A stretch of DNA of 64,000 nucleotides, taken from assembly GCA_050950285.1 (NCBI GenBank), contig JBMNHG010000008.1, forward strand, positions 248,001-312,000. The letters run 5' to 3'. Source of the stretch: Kiritimatiellia bacterium. Lineage in GTDB: Bacteria; Verrucomicrobiota; Kiritimatiellia; RFP12; JBMNHG01. This document shows positions 49,428-59,004 of the stretch, piece by piece. The notes under the pieces are model-generated. The model worked only from the letters and a program-made list of their open reading frames with translations, made no database searches and had not been told where the DNA came from. The position numbers and the translations under genes are program-made. The stretch's first letter is position 1; the number at the start of each line of letters is the position of its first letter.

Positions 49428-49891
49428 CTAGCCCGAAGTTCCAGCGGCTTTTTCACGGAAAAATCTTTGTGAAAGCCTGATGGAGAAGGATTTGCAGTCT
49501 TCGGGCAGGGCGTTTTTCGTTCCGATGTGTCCATGCAAATGAATTTATTTTAGTTCTTTTCATGTTGATTCGCAGAAACATGATTTGATATATTGCGGTC
49601 ATGTACGTCGATGTAGTTCCCAACCGCAACTCCCTGCCCGCCGTCCTCCTGCGCGAAAGCATCCGAAAGGGACGGAAAACCCGCAAGCGCACGCTTGCAA
49701 ACCTCTCGGCGCTGCCCGAGGAGGGCATCGCCACGTTGCGCGTCGTCCTGCGCGGCGGACGCCTCGTGGAGCCCGAAAGCGTGCCCAGTGGGCGGAACGG
49801 GAAACCAAAGCCGGAATAAGACCTAATCCATTGAAAATCATAAACTTAAAAGACATTCAGTCCGTGATTTTTCGCTGAAACTTCGGACTGG
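49428..49891 (+). mobile_element. Internally deleted IS1634-like element (464 bp)
   Basis: Terminal IRs CTAGCCCGAAGTTCCAGCG / CGCTGAAACTTCGGACTGG (16/19); ORF 49601-49819 MYVDVVPNRNSLPAVLLRES..KRTLANLS = transposase N-terminus only. Confidence 0.75.
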
Positions 49892-50123
49892 CGACTAGCG
49901 ACTCAATCGGGCAGGCGACGGGGCGTGTTCGAGACTGGGCGGAAAGCGCTCCGGGGTCAACCCCCGTCGACCAACCGATTACGGCAGATGTTGACACCTG
50001 GCCGAAGAAAGGCTAGAGTTTCCTTTATTCGCATGGGAAGGTTCCTTTTGCGAGATGGTTTCAAAAACATTGTTGGTCAGGAGAAAAAGAGAAGCGTGTA
50101 ATCGACGCATGGGCTTTCGGGAT

Positions 50124-50759
50124 ATGGGCAAATTCACAGTGGCAGAGTTTTGCGTTGGCGGAGGCGGGCAAGCCCTCGGGCTGGAGGCCGCAGGGTTTGA
50201 TTGTGTCGCGGCCGTTGAAATCGATCCAGACTGCTGCACGACTTTGCGCCTCAACCGTCCGCAGTGGAATGTGCTGCATGAAGACATGCGTGAAGTTGAC
50301 GGCAGCCGATGGCGCGACGTCGACTTGTTTGCGGCAGGCGGTTGGAAGGGGGTTGATCGCTGGGCGGCCAATGCCCAGACCATCGCGCCAACGGTTGTCG
50401 GAGGATCAAAAAGCATGGCGGCCCGGATTTGGGCCACACGCGTTCGGAACCAATGGCGGGAATTGGGCGTTGATGGGTTGGGGATAGCAAACGAGCCGCC
50501 AGCCGAGGATTTCCCCATTGATGGACATCCTCGTTTGACGGTGCGGATGGTGGCCCGGATTCAGGGGTTTCCGGATTTTTGGAAATTCAGCGGGAAGAAG
50601 ACCGCGGCTTATCGGCAGGTTGGGAACGCCTTCCCTCCACCGGTTGCATCCCAAGTCGGCTTGGCCATTGCAAACGCGCTTGAAGGAAAGCGGCCAACGC
50701 AAGATTCGCGGAAAGCGATCCAATGGCGGCTTTTGGAGCATACCGTTCCATATTGTTGA
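50124..50759 (+). pseudogene. C5-cytosine DNA methyltransferase lacking catalytic core
   Basis: Motif I (FCVGGGG), VDLFA, then jumps to TRD; motifs IX/X (RIQGFPD, QVGNAFP) present; no PC or ENV. Confidence 0.8.
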
Positions 50760-50780
50760 TCATCGCATGACAGGGCATCT

Positions 50781-50972
50781 ATGAAAAAGATTGGGAAAGA
50801 CGAACTGTCCAACTTGCGGACGTTGTGCTCGACCTGCAATCAGGGGGCGAAGAACATCACCACGGAGAAGCCCGGTGCGATATGGTTGTTGTCGCAAGTT
50901 CGTCGCGCCGGTCGAGACGAGCAGAAAGCCGTCTATGAATGGCTGAAAACAAAATTCAAGGATGACAAATAA
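50781..50972 (+). pseudogene. C-terminal fragment of HNH endonuclease
   Basis: DELSNLRTLCSTCNQGAKN. Confidence 0.6.
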
Positions 50973-51071
50973 AACGTCGAACTCCATGCCGTGCCTTGTC
51001 CGCCCCCCCTGCGCCATAATGGGCGCACCCCGTACGACAAAGTCCACGCAAAACGAAACGACGCCAGAACC

Positions 51072-51725
51072 ATGAGCCTGCTCAACAACCTCATCAAAAA
51101 CGCGGGCAGGCCTTCCGACTCCTTTTGGGGTCGGCTGATGCTTGCAAAGATGAACCGCGGACATCAGAAGATGGCCTTGTGGTGCATCGACACTTGCATG
51201 GATTTGTCCGGGAACGAGGATGTTCTGGACATCGGTTGCGGCGGCGGGCAAAACATCGCGAACTTTTTGAAGCGCACGAGCGGCAAGGTCCATGGCATGG
51301 ACTACTCGCCAACGAGCGTGGCGAAGTCGCTGAAGAAAAACAGGCGGGCCGTGGCCGGAAAACGCGCCGTGATCGTGCAGGCCGATGTTGCGGCGATTCC
51401 GTTTGAGAACAGCGCCTTCGACGTGGCAATCGCCTTTGAAACCATCTATTTCTGGGAGGACATCATCGCCGGCTTCAAAGAAGCGAAGCGCGTGCTGAAG
51501 CCCAACGGGAAGTTCGTGGTGTGCAACGAGGCATCGAAAATGGAAGGCCACGAGCATTTGCTGGATATTTTGGACATGCGAATCTACACGGTCGAGGAAA
51601 TAACCGAAGCCATGCGACAAGCCGGTTTTGCCGACGTGCAAGCATACAGGCGCGACAACACGCAGCACATCTGCGTGATCGGACGGCGACGGTCTGGTGG
51701 GCACAACGGTCGAGGCCGCCTATGA
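51072..51725 (+). CDS. Class I SAM-dependent methyltransferase (copy 2)
   Basis: 51090-51720 near-identical to 43225-43855. Confidence 0.88.
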   Translation: MSLLNNLIKNAGRPSDSFWGRLMLAKMNRGHQKMALWCIDTCMDLSGNEDVLDIGCGGGQNIANFLKRTSGKVHGMDYSPTSVAKSLKKNRRAVAGKRAVIVQADVAAIPFENSAFDVAIAFETIYFWEDIIAGFKEAKRVLKPNGKFVVCNEASKMEGHEHLLDILDMRIYTVEEITEAMRQAGFADVQAYRRDNTQHICVIGRRRSGGHNGRGRL

Positions 51726-52254
51726 AGGGCTTGCCCTTAGCCTTTACCACGCCTCGAGTCCCGACGAGGACTACCGCGAGGTGAATGTCGGCGCGTCCTA
51801 CACGCTCGAATGGAACGACTGGGAGGCCGGCGTCTCCTACACTTTCCTGCGGTTCCTGACCGACAGGGAGAGCGACCACGAGGTCGGCCTGGGCCTATCC
51901 TATTCAGGACTGCCCGGCGGCTTCGCGGCCGGGGTGGACGGCTGCTACTCCTTCGATGCCGAGGGCGTGTTCATCGAGACCTTCGTCGAGAGGGAGTGCG
52001 AGGCCGCCGAATGGCTTACCCTCACGCCCTCGGCGGTAGTGGGCTGGAACGCGGACTACGTTGCCGATGGCCACAACGGTGCCAACCACGTCGCGCTGTC
52101 GCTGGAGGCGGCCGTGCCGCTCAAGGCCGGGCTCGAGTTGGCAGGCAGCGTCGCCTACTCGTGGGCGATCGACAAGGACGCCGGCAAGTATGCCGACGAC
52201 GAGAGTCTGCGCAACATGTTCTACGGCGGCGTGGCCTTGAACGCGTCGTTCTGA
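51697..52254 (+). pseudogene. 5'-truncated outer-membrane beta-barrel
   Basis: Amphipathic strands (EVNVGASY, EVGLGLSY), ends GGVALNASF; no signal peptide. Confidence 0.55.
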
Positions 52255-52280
52255 GGGATGCGCTGCTGAAAAATGCAACC

Positions 52281-52337
52281 ATTCCGCATATCACTGCGGA
52301 ATAGTCTCGGCCAATCCGCAGCGCGCTGCGGATTGGC
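52281..52337. terminator. Twin hairpins between convergent genes
   Basis: ATTCCGCA..TGCGGAAT and perfect 28-bp palindrome GCCAATCCGCAGCGCGCTGCGGATTGGC. Confidence 0.45.
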
Positions 52338-52467
52338 ATCACGTTGCCGTTTCGAAATGATCCGCAGGAAGAAGTCGGTGTCCTTGAAGCGGCCCGTCTG
52401 CGACACCGTTTCAAGGAACCCTTGATTGCGGTTCCGCGCGGCGTCGTAACGGACCAAGGGGGCGCGG

Positions 52468-53124
52468 TTACAGCCCCAAGTCCTCGTCAACCACCAGCAC
52501 GGTGATGTCGCTGAGCGAGGGCTTGCGGTCCAGGATGACCGTGATGCGGCAGATGCGCTCGGGGGAATCGCAGTCGCTGCATACTCCGGTGCGGGCGCAC
52601 GGCGTGTTCCTGCTCAGCCGGATGGCGTTGCCGGGGGCGGCGACATTCTTCACGCGCTGGATGGCCTCGGCGACGCCACCCTCCACGATCTTGTTGCGTC
52701 CGGCGACGAGGACGATCTTCGCAGGGCCGAAGAACGAGGCCGCCACGCGGTTGCCTGTGCCATCGACGTTGACGATTTCGCCTGCGGCGGTGACGGCGTT
52801 GACGCTGCAGATGAACAAATCGCACGTCTGCTGGGCGCGCATGATGGCGACCCTCTCCTCGAGGGTGGCATCGGGAGCGCTGTGGTCGAGGATTTCCGCG
52901 CCGTTGGCGGCGAGCCGCTCGCGGACGCCGAGAACCCCCACGGAGAGCGAGCCTCCGAGGCCGACGGTCTTCGCGTCGGCACCGAGTTCGACCACGGCAT
53001 CCGCCGCTTCGGCGGCGGTGGCGCAATAGCGCGCCGCGAAACCACGGCGATTCAAGGCATCGACGGTGCGACGGCACTTGCATTCCGAAAGCCGGGCGAG
53101 GGTCGTAATGGTTTTTTCTTTCAT
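52468..53124 (-). CDS. LUD-domain (LutC/YkgG) protein
   Basis: GLGGSLS, SVNAVT..NVDGTGNRVA, GRNKIV, TPCARTGVCSDCDSPERIC. Confidence 0.88.
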   Translation of the reverse strand: MKEKTITTLARLSECKCRRTVDALNRRGFAARYCATAAEAADAVVELGADAKTVGLGGSLSVGVLGVRERLAANGAEILDHSAPDATLEERVAIMRAQQTCDLFICSVNAVTAAGEIVNVDGTGNRVAASFFGPAKIVLVAGRNKIVEGGVAEAIQRVKNVAAPGNAIRLSRNTPCARTGVCSDCDSPERICRITVILDRKPSLSDITVLVVDEDLGL

Positions 53125-53298
53125 ACGTTCAGTATAGCATTTGTGCATCAAGAAGGGAAGAGACGCCATGGGAGAATGGGCCATCCTCACTTGTTGCCTT
53201 GAACGAACGACGGCAACCCCCGGTTTTCGTCTGGCAGATGCTGCTACGATGTGCCAAAATCACCTTTTTGCTGAGTAAAGTTCTGTTGGCATGGCTCT

Positions 53299-54621
53299 AT
53301 GCGTAAACGCTTGCTCATTCTGCTGCCTGGCGGCCAGCCGCACATACTACGGCTGCCGGGGATCCGTCTCTCGTTCCGCGAGGCGCCGCTGACCGGCCCG
53401 CTGCTGGCCGCGCTCGTGCCGCCGGAGCTGGAACTGGACGTGCGCTACGTGGACGGCAGTGTCTCGCCAATCCCGCTCGGGGAGCCCTTCGATCTGGTCG
53501 CCATCAGCGTGATCACCGGCATGGCACCGCGCGCCTACGAGCTCGCCGCGCTGTTCCGCGCGCGCGGCGCCACAGTTATACTGGGCGGCATCCATGTAAC
53601 GCTACTGCCGGATGAGGCGGCACAGCACGCAGACGCCATCGCCGTAGGCTACGCCGAGACGCTCTGGCCGCGGATGCTGCGCGACTGGGTCGCAGAGCAC
53701 TTGAAACCACGCTACGAGCATCGCGGGCCGCCGGTTCTCGATGGGCTGCCCGCGCCGCGCACCGACCTGCAGAAACCGTTCGGCTATGCCATGCCGCGGA
53801 CGGTGAACGCGACGCGGGGCTGCCGTCAGCAGTGCGACTTCTGCGTCGCCCCCGCTGCCCCGCTAAGCTGGGCGACACGCCCCGTCGGTGATGTCATCGC
53901 CGACATCCGCCGCCTGCGGGGCCGCTCGTTCGTCTTTCACGACCTCAACCTGACGGACGATGTCGAGTACGCGAAGGAACTCTTCGCGGCGATGCTGCCT
54001 TTGCGCCGGCGCTGGGGCGGCCTTGTCTCGACCCGTGTTGTCCGCGACAAGGAACTGCTGGATCTGATGGCGCGCGCGGGGTGCTCCTATCTGCTGATCG
54101 GCTTCGAGACGGTCAACGCGGAGGCTCTCGGCACAATGCGCAAGCGTTTCAACTCCGCAGTTCCATACGCGGATGTGGTCGCGGCGCTGCACGCGCGCAG
54201 GATCGTCGTCCAGGGCTGCTTCATCTTCGGCCTCGATGAGGACACGCCAGAGGTCTTCGACGCCACGGTTGACGCCATTGATGCGCTAGGCATCGACATC
54301 CCGCGCTTCGCGCTCTACACGCCGTTTCCCGGTACCGCCGCCTTCAACCGTCTGCAGGCGGAAGACCGTCTGCTCCACCGCGACTGGTCCTTCTACGACA
54401 CGCAGCATACCGTGATCCGCCCGGCGCGCATGACCCCGGCCGAACTGGATGCGGGATTCATCCGCGCCTGGCGCGACTGCTACCGCCTGCCGCGCATTGC
54501 CCGCCGCCTGCGCCTGCGCCGTCATCCCGGCATCGTGGGGGTGGGCAATCTGGCCTACCGGCTCTATTCGCGCAAGCTCGGCCATGACAACAACCGCTTC
54601 CCCGATGGGGTGACAACATGA
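53299..54621 (+). CDS. B12-binding-domain radical SAM protein
   Basis: ILGGIHVT, RGCRQQCDFC, IGFET, TPFPGT. Confidence 0.9.
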   Translation: MRKRLLILLPGGQPHILRLPGIRLSFREAPLTGPLLAALVPPELELDVRYVDGSVSPIPLGEPFDLVAISVITGMAPRAYELAALFRARGATVILGGIHVTLLPDEAAQHADAIAVGYAETLWPRMLRDWVAEHLKPRYEHRGPPVLDGLPAPRTDLQKPFGYAMPRTVNATRGCRQQCDFCVAPAAPLSWATRPVGDVIADIRRLRGRSFVFHDLNLTDDVEYAKELFAAMLPLRRRWGGLVSTRVVRDKELLDLMARAGCSYLLIGFETVNAEALGTMRKRFNSAVPYADVVAALHARRIVVQGCFIFGLDEDTPEVFDATVDAIDALGIDIPRFALYTPFPGTAAFNRLQAEDRLLHRDWSFYDTQHTVIRPARMTPAELDAGFIRAWRDCYRLPRIARRLRLRRHPGIVGVGNLAYRLYSRKLGHDNNRFPDGVTT

Positions 54622-54706
54622 TCATTTCTGCATGGCTGCCACCTTTCCTGGCTCAAAAGCCCATGAAGAGACGCATGGGAGTTGCTAAACCCCGAAGGAA
54701 TCCGTC

Positions 54707-55828
54707 ATGTTTGCACTGCCCTGGACCCGCGATACCGTTCCGCACGCCGTCATCGAGCTTACGCGCGACTGCAATCTCGCCTGCCGGGCCTGCTACCGCA
54801 AGAAGGAGCCCGGGATGCGGACGGTCGCCGAAGTCTTGCAGGACGTGGAAATCATTGAGAAGCACCAGCGCGTGCATACGATCTCGCTTGCCGGCGGCGA
54901 ACCCACCCTGCATCCCGAACTCCCCGAAATTGTCCGCCGGGTGAAGGCGCGCGGACACTGCGTCTCGCTCGTCACCAACGCCGTGCTGCTGGACGACGCG
55001 ATGCTGTCGGAGCTTGCCGCCGCCGGGCTCGACATCGTCATGATCCACGTCGACGAGGGGCAGACGCGCCCAGATCTGCCGGAGAACGCCGGCATCACCG
55101 CCCTGAACGCGCTGCGCGAGCAGATCGCCGCGCGGGTCTGCGCCCACGGCATCACCGCCGGGCTCTGCACCACACTCTATCCGGAATCGCTGGCAAATCT
55201 GCCGGCCCTGGTCAGCGTCTTCCTCAACAACCCCGACATCAATTTCCTCTTCGCCACTCATGCCGTCGCGATTCCCGAACTCGTTGCCCGGTCCGCAGGC
55301 GGAGCAACGGTGATGACGGACCACGCCACGTGCTGCGGAACCTCGAACCGCGGGGTTATGGAGTCGTTGCGCCAGGCCTTCGGGCTTGAGCCCTACGCGT
55401 ATATCGCGCCGGCCGCCCCCATGCCCGACGGCGAATTGCCGTGCATCACCTACTCGGTTCCCGTGGCGCACCGGACGCGGCCGCGGTTCCTGAGGATGAA
55501 GTCGGGACGCATGGACCGTGCCCTCGTGCAGGCCAGCCGTCTGATCGCCGGACGCTACCTCTACTTCACGCCCAACCGTGTTCTGCCCAATGCGCTACAG
55601 ATTCTCTTCAACGGCCTCGGCTCCGGACGCCCCCTGCGCGCCCTGGCCTTCCTGATCGGCGCCATCGGCGCCCCGCTGCGGATGAAGCGTCTGGTGTTCG
55701 AAAACGCGCCGCGCATCACCGCCGGGGGCACCGTCAACTGCTGCGACTTCTGCCCTAACTCCACCGTGCGGGACGGCGCAGTTGTTCCCGTCTGTCTGGC
55801 GGATCACCGCGCGGAGTTGAACCTCTGA
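54707..55828 (+). CDS. Radical SAM protein
   Basis: CNLACRAC, GGEPTLHP, VTNA; C-terminal CCDFCP..PVC. Confidence 0.88.
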   Translation: MFALPWTRDTVPHAVIELTRDCNLACRACYRKKEPGMRTVAEVLQDVEIIEKHQRVHTISLAGGEPTLHPELPEIVRRVKARGHCVSLVTNAVLLDDAMLSELAAAGLDIVMIHVDEGQTRPDLPENAGITALNALREQIAARVCAHGITAGLCTTLYPESLANLPALVSVFLNNPDINFLFATHAVAIPELVARSAGGATVMTDHATCCGTSNRGVMESLRQAFGLEPYAYIAPAAPMPDGELPCITYSVPVAHRTRPRFLRMKSGRMDRALVQASRLIAGRYLYFTPNRVLPNALQILFNGLGSGRPLRALAFLIGAIGAPLRMKRLVFENAPRITAGGTVNCCDFCPNSTVRDGAVVPVCLADHRAELNL

Positions 55829-55830
55829 CC

Positions 55831-57153
55831 ATGCGTATTGTCTTCATCCAGCCATCTGTGGGGCGCAAGGCCGATGGCACGCCCTATCCGGCCGCCTGGC
55901 GCATGGAGCCGCTGGGCATCGCCCGCCTCGCGGCGCTCACACCGCCCGATGTGGAGCGGGTCTTCTTCGACGACCGGCTGGAACCGGTCGATACGGAGAC
56001 GCCCGCCGATCTGGCCTGCCTCACTGCGGAGACTTTCACCGCCCGCCGCGCCTACCAGCTTGCCGACGCCTTCCGGCAGCGCGGCGTGCCGGTGGTGCTT
56101 GGAGGCTTCCATCCCACCTTCCTGCCCGACGAGGCGGCGGCGCATGGCGACGCGGTCGTGATCGGCGAGGCCGAGAACATCTGGAGCCGGGTGCTGGCGG
56201 ACGCCGCCGCGCACCGCCTCAAGCCGCGCTACAAGGCCGCCACCCGCCCGCAACTCAAGACCCTTGCGCCCGACCGTTCGATCTTCGGCCGACGCAACTA
56301 CGGGCTGGTCTCGCTTGTCGAGACCTCCCGCGGCTGCGGCTTCGATTGCGAGTTCTGCTCCATCTGCAACTTCTTCGGCCACCGCGCCATCGACCGCCCC
56401 GTCGGGGAAGTGGCCGAAGAGGTCGCGGGTCTGCGCAAACCGGTCTTCTTCGTGGACGACAACCTCGGAGCCGACACCGCGCGCCTGCGCGCACTGTGCG
56501 AGGCTCTGCTGCCGCTGCGGCGTCTCTGGGTCGGCCAGATCAGCATCCACGTCGCCCGCGACCGCGACCTGCTGAAGCTCATGCGCCGTTCCGGCTGCGA
56601 GGGGGTGCTGATCGGCTTCGAGTCGCTCGACCCCGGCACTCTCAAGGCCATGGGCAAGTCCGTCAACCGCGCCGCCGACTACGCCGCCGCCGTCCGCGCC
56701 TTCCGCAGGGAGGGGCTCTCGATCTACGCCACCTTCGTCTTCGGCTACGACGGCGACACGCCGGAGACCTTCCGGCGGACGCTGGAGTTCGCCCTGCAGC
56801 AGCGCTTCTTCTTTGCCGCCTTCAACCACCTCGTCCCCTTTCCCGGCACTCCGCTCTACCGGAGACTGGAGGCGGAAAACCGGCTGCTCTCGCCGGCCTG
56901 GTGGCTCGACCCGCGCTTCCGGTTCGGCGATGTGGTCTTCCAGCCCGCCGGCATGGCGCCGGAGACACTCGCCGCGCTTTGCAGGCAGTACCGCGGTGCC
57001 TTCTACGCGAACTCATCCATTGCCCGCCGCGCCCTCGATTTACGCGCCAACTGCCGGACACCCTTCAAGGCGCTGATCTTCCTCACGCAGAATATCCTGC
57101 ACCGGCGCGAGATTGTCCGCCGCCAGGGTCTGCCACTGGGTTTCCACATCTGA
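55831..57153 (+). CDS. B12-binding-domain radical SAM protein
   Basis: MEPLGIA, LGGFHPT, RGCGFDCEFC, FVDDN, IGFES, VPFPGT. Confidence 0.9.
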   Translation: MRIVFIQPSVGRKADGTPYPAAWRMEPLGIARLAALTPPDVERVFFDDRLEPVDTETPADLACLTAETFTARRAYQLADAFRQRGVPVVLGGFHPTFLPDEAAAHGDAVVIGEAENIWSRVLADAAAHRLKPRYKAATRPQLKTLAPDRSIFGRRNYGLVSLVETSRGCGFDCEFCSICNFFGHRAIDRPVGEVAEEVAGLRKPVFFVDDNLGADTARLRALCEALLPLRRLWVGQISIHVARDRDLLKLMRRSGCEGVLIGFESLDPGTLKAMGKSVNRAADYAAAVRAFRREGLSIYATFVFGYDGDTPETFRRTLEFALQQRFFFAAFNHLVPFPGTPLYRRLEAENRLLSPAWWLDPRFRFGDVVFQPAGMAPETLAALCRQYRGAFYANSSIARRALDLRANCRTPFKALIFLTQNILHRREIVRRQGLPLGFHI

Positions 57154-57166
57154 ACGCCAGGCCGCG

Positions 57167-58279
57167 ATGAGATTCGTACTCGCCACACAGCAACACGACG
57201 CCGCCCTGCGACGGCTGGCCCGCGACGAGGGCATGCCCGGCCCGATCCGCCTCGCCTACACCCGCGAGCCCGACTGGTTTGCGGGGCAGGCCGCGCTGGG
57301 GCACTTCCAGCAGACCGTGGTCGGCCTCGATGCGCAAGGCGAGGTCGCGGCTTCTGGTGTCCGCGCCCTGCGCAGGGTCTTCGTCAACGGCGAGCCGCGC
57401 GAGATAGGCTACCTGGCCGGGCTGCGCTCGCTGCCGCGCGTTCGCGGCGGACTGGGACTGGCGCAGGGCTTCCGCTTTGTCCGCGCGCTGCACAAGGCCG
57501 ACAACCGCGTGCCCGCCTATCTCACCACAATCATCGAGTCCAACACCCTGGCGCGGACGCAACTGGTTGGCGGCCGCGCCGGTCTCCCCGCCTATCACGA
57601 CCTCGGCCGCATATATACGCGCCCCTGGCTGCGTCTGCCGTCGCCCCGCGCACGCCTTCCGGCAGGCGTGACGCTCCGCCAGGCCCCCACTCCGCCACCC
57701 GGCGACCTGCTGGCCTTTCTCCGGAACGAGGGTGCCAAACGGCAGTTCTTCCCAGTGCTGGACGAGGCATCCTTCTCCGGCAACCCATGGTGTCAATTCA
57801 ATTCCGGCGGGTTCTGCCTCGCCATGCGCGGGAACGAGATCATCGGGGTGGCGGGCTACTGGGATCAGCGCGCCTTCCGTCAGCTTCATGTGACCGGCTA
57901 CGCCCCGTTTCTCGCCGCTCTGCGGCCCGCGTTCAACGGCCTGGCCCGTCTGGTCGGCCGCCACGCCCTGCCTGCTCTACCGCCCGCCGGCCGGGTGCTT
58001 GACGTCTGCTTCGCCACGTGCGTCTGCGTAAGGGATAACGATCCTGTTATTTTTGACGCCCTGATGCGCCACCTCTGCCGCCGCGCGCGCGACGGCGGCC
58101 ACGGGCTGCTGCTGGTCTCCCTGCATGAGCGCTCGCCGCTGAATGCCGCCTTCAGCCGGCCCGAACAGTTCCTCGAATGCCGCAGCCGTCTCTACTGCGC
58201 CTGCTGGGAGGATGGAGAACCGTTTGTGGGGGCGCTCGAACCGGCGCGTATCCCGCATGTCGATGGAGCGATGCTATGA
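57167..58279 (+). CDS. GNAT-like (probably tandem) acyltransferase
   Basis: IGYLAGLRSLPRVRGG acyl-CoA-binding-like motif; operon-coupled. Confidence 0.55.
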   Translation: MRFVLATQQHDAALRRLARDEGMPGPIRLAYTREPDWFAGQAALGHFQQTVVGLDAQGEVAASGVRALRRVFVNGEPREIGYLAGLRSLPRVRGGLGLAQGFRFVRALHKADNRVPAYLTTIIESNTLARTQLVGGRAGLPAYHDLGRIYTRPWLRLPSPRARLPAGVTLRQAPTPPPGDLLAFLRNEGAKRQFFPVLDEASFSGNPWCQFNSGGFCLAMRGNEIIGVAGYWDQRAFRQLHVTGYAPFLAALRPAFNGLARLVGRHALPALPPAGRVLDVCFATCVCVRDNDPVIFDALMRHLCRRARDGGHGLLLVSLHERSPLNAAFSRPEQFLECRSRLYCACWEDGEPFVGALEPARIPHVDGAML

Positions 58280-59004
58280 CGACGATCATGCCGTCCATAG
58301 TGGCACGTCCACGCCTCGATGCCCGCACCCGCGAGGAGATGTTCGCGCTCCACAGCCGGCATTTCGCGAACGTCAGCCGTGAAAAGTTCCTCGCCGATCT
58401 GAGCGAGAAGGACTGGGTCATCCTGTTGCGCGATGCCGACGGACGCACAGCGGGCTTCTCCACGCAGCAGTTCATCGCGGAGGTTCCCGGCACCGGCGGT
58501 GCCGGTTTTCTATTCAGCGGCGACACGATCGTCGCGCCGCAGCATTGGAACACACCATATCTCGCGGGGTGCTTCGGACATATCATGCTGCGGCTGATCC
58601 GCGGGCATCCGCATACACCGCTCTACTGGTTCCTGATCTCGAAGGGCTACCGCACCTACCGTTTCCTGCCGGTCTTCTTCGTCCGTTTCTGGCCGCACCC
58701 GGAAAATCCCGCGCCCCCCGGCGGCGCGGAGCTGCTGCGGAGCGTGGCCGTCTGGAAGTTCGGCACCCGCTACGACGCCACCGACGGGCTAGTAAAGGAT
58801 GCCGCCGGAGACCGTCTCGCGAAGCCACTCGCAGCAGTGCCGGAGGCGAGACGCCGCGAACCCTATACGCGGTTCTTCCTCGAACGCAATCCGCAGTACA
58901 CCCTCGGACACGAACTAGCCTGCCTCGCGCCCATCACCACCGACAACTTCACCGCGCCAGCCCGCCGCGTCATCGCCCATACCGATCCCGAATGGATAGA
59001 ATGA
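58276..59004 (+). CDS. Hypothetical protein, possible GNAT/acyl-ACP transferase fold
   Basis: FSGDTIV..HW, YWFLISKGYRTYRFL, NPQY..GHEL; ATGA-coupled. Confidence 0.55.
   Translation: MTTIMPSIVARPRLDARTREEMFALHSRHFANVSREKFLADLSEKDWVILLRDADGRTAGFSTQQFIAEVPGTGGAGFLFSGDTIVAPQHWNTPYLAGCFGHIMLRLIRGHPHTPLYWFLISKGYRTYRFLPVFFVRFWPHPENPAPPGGAELLRSVAVWKFGTRYDATDGLVKDAAGDRLAKPLAAVPEARRREPYTRFFLERNPQYTLGHELACLAPITTDNFTAPARRVIAHTDPEWIE

Noticed and set aside
43225..51720. DGR template/variable repeat pair
   Set aside because: Differences are not adenine-specific, both copies are coding, no reverse transcriptase
54618..54706. Possible RiPP precursor peptide between radical SAM genes
   Set aside because: Only short unremarkable ORFs with no leader/core pattern; no RRE or peptidase nearby
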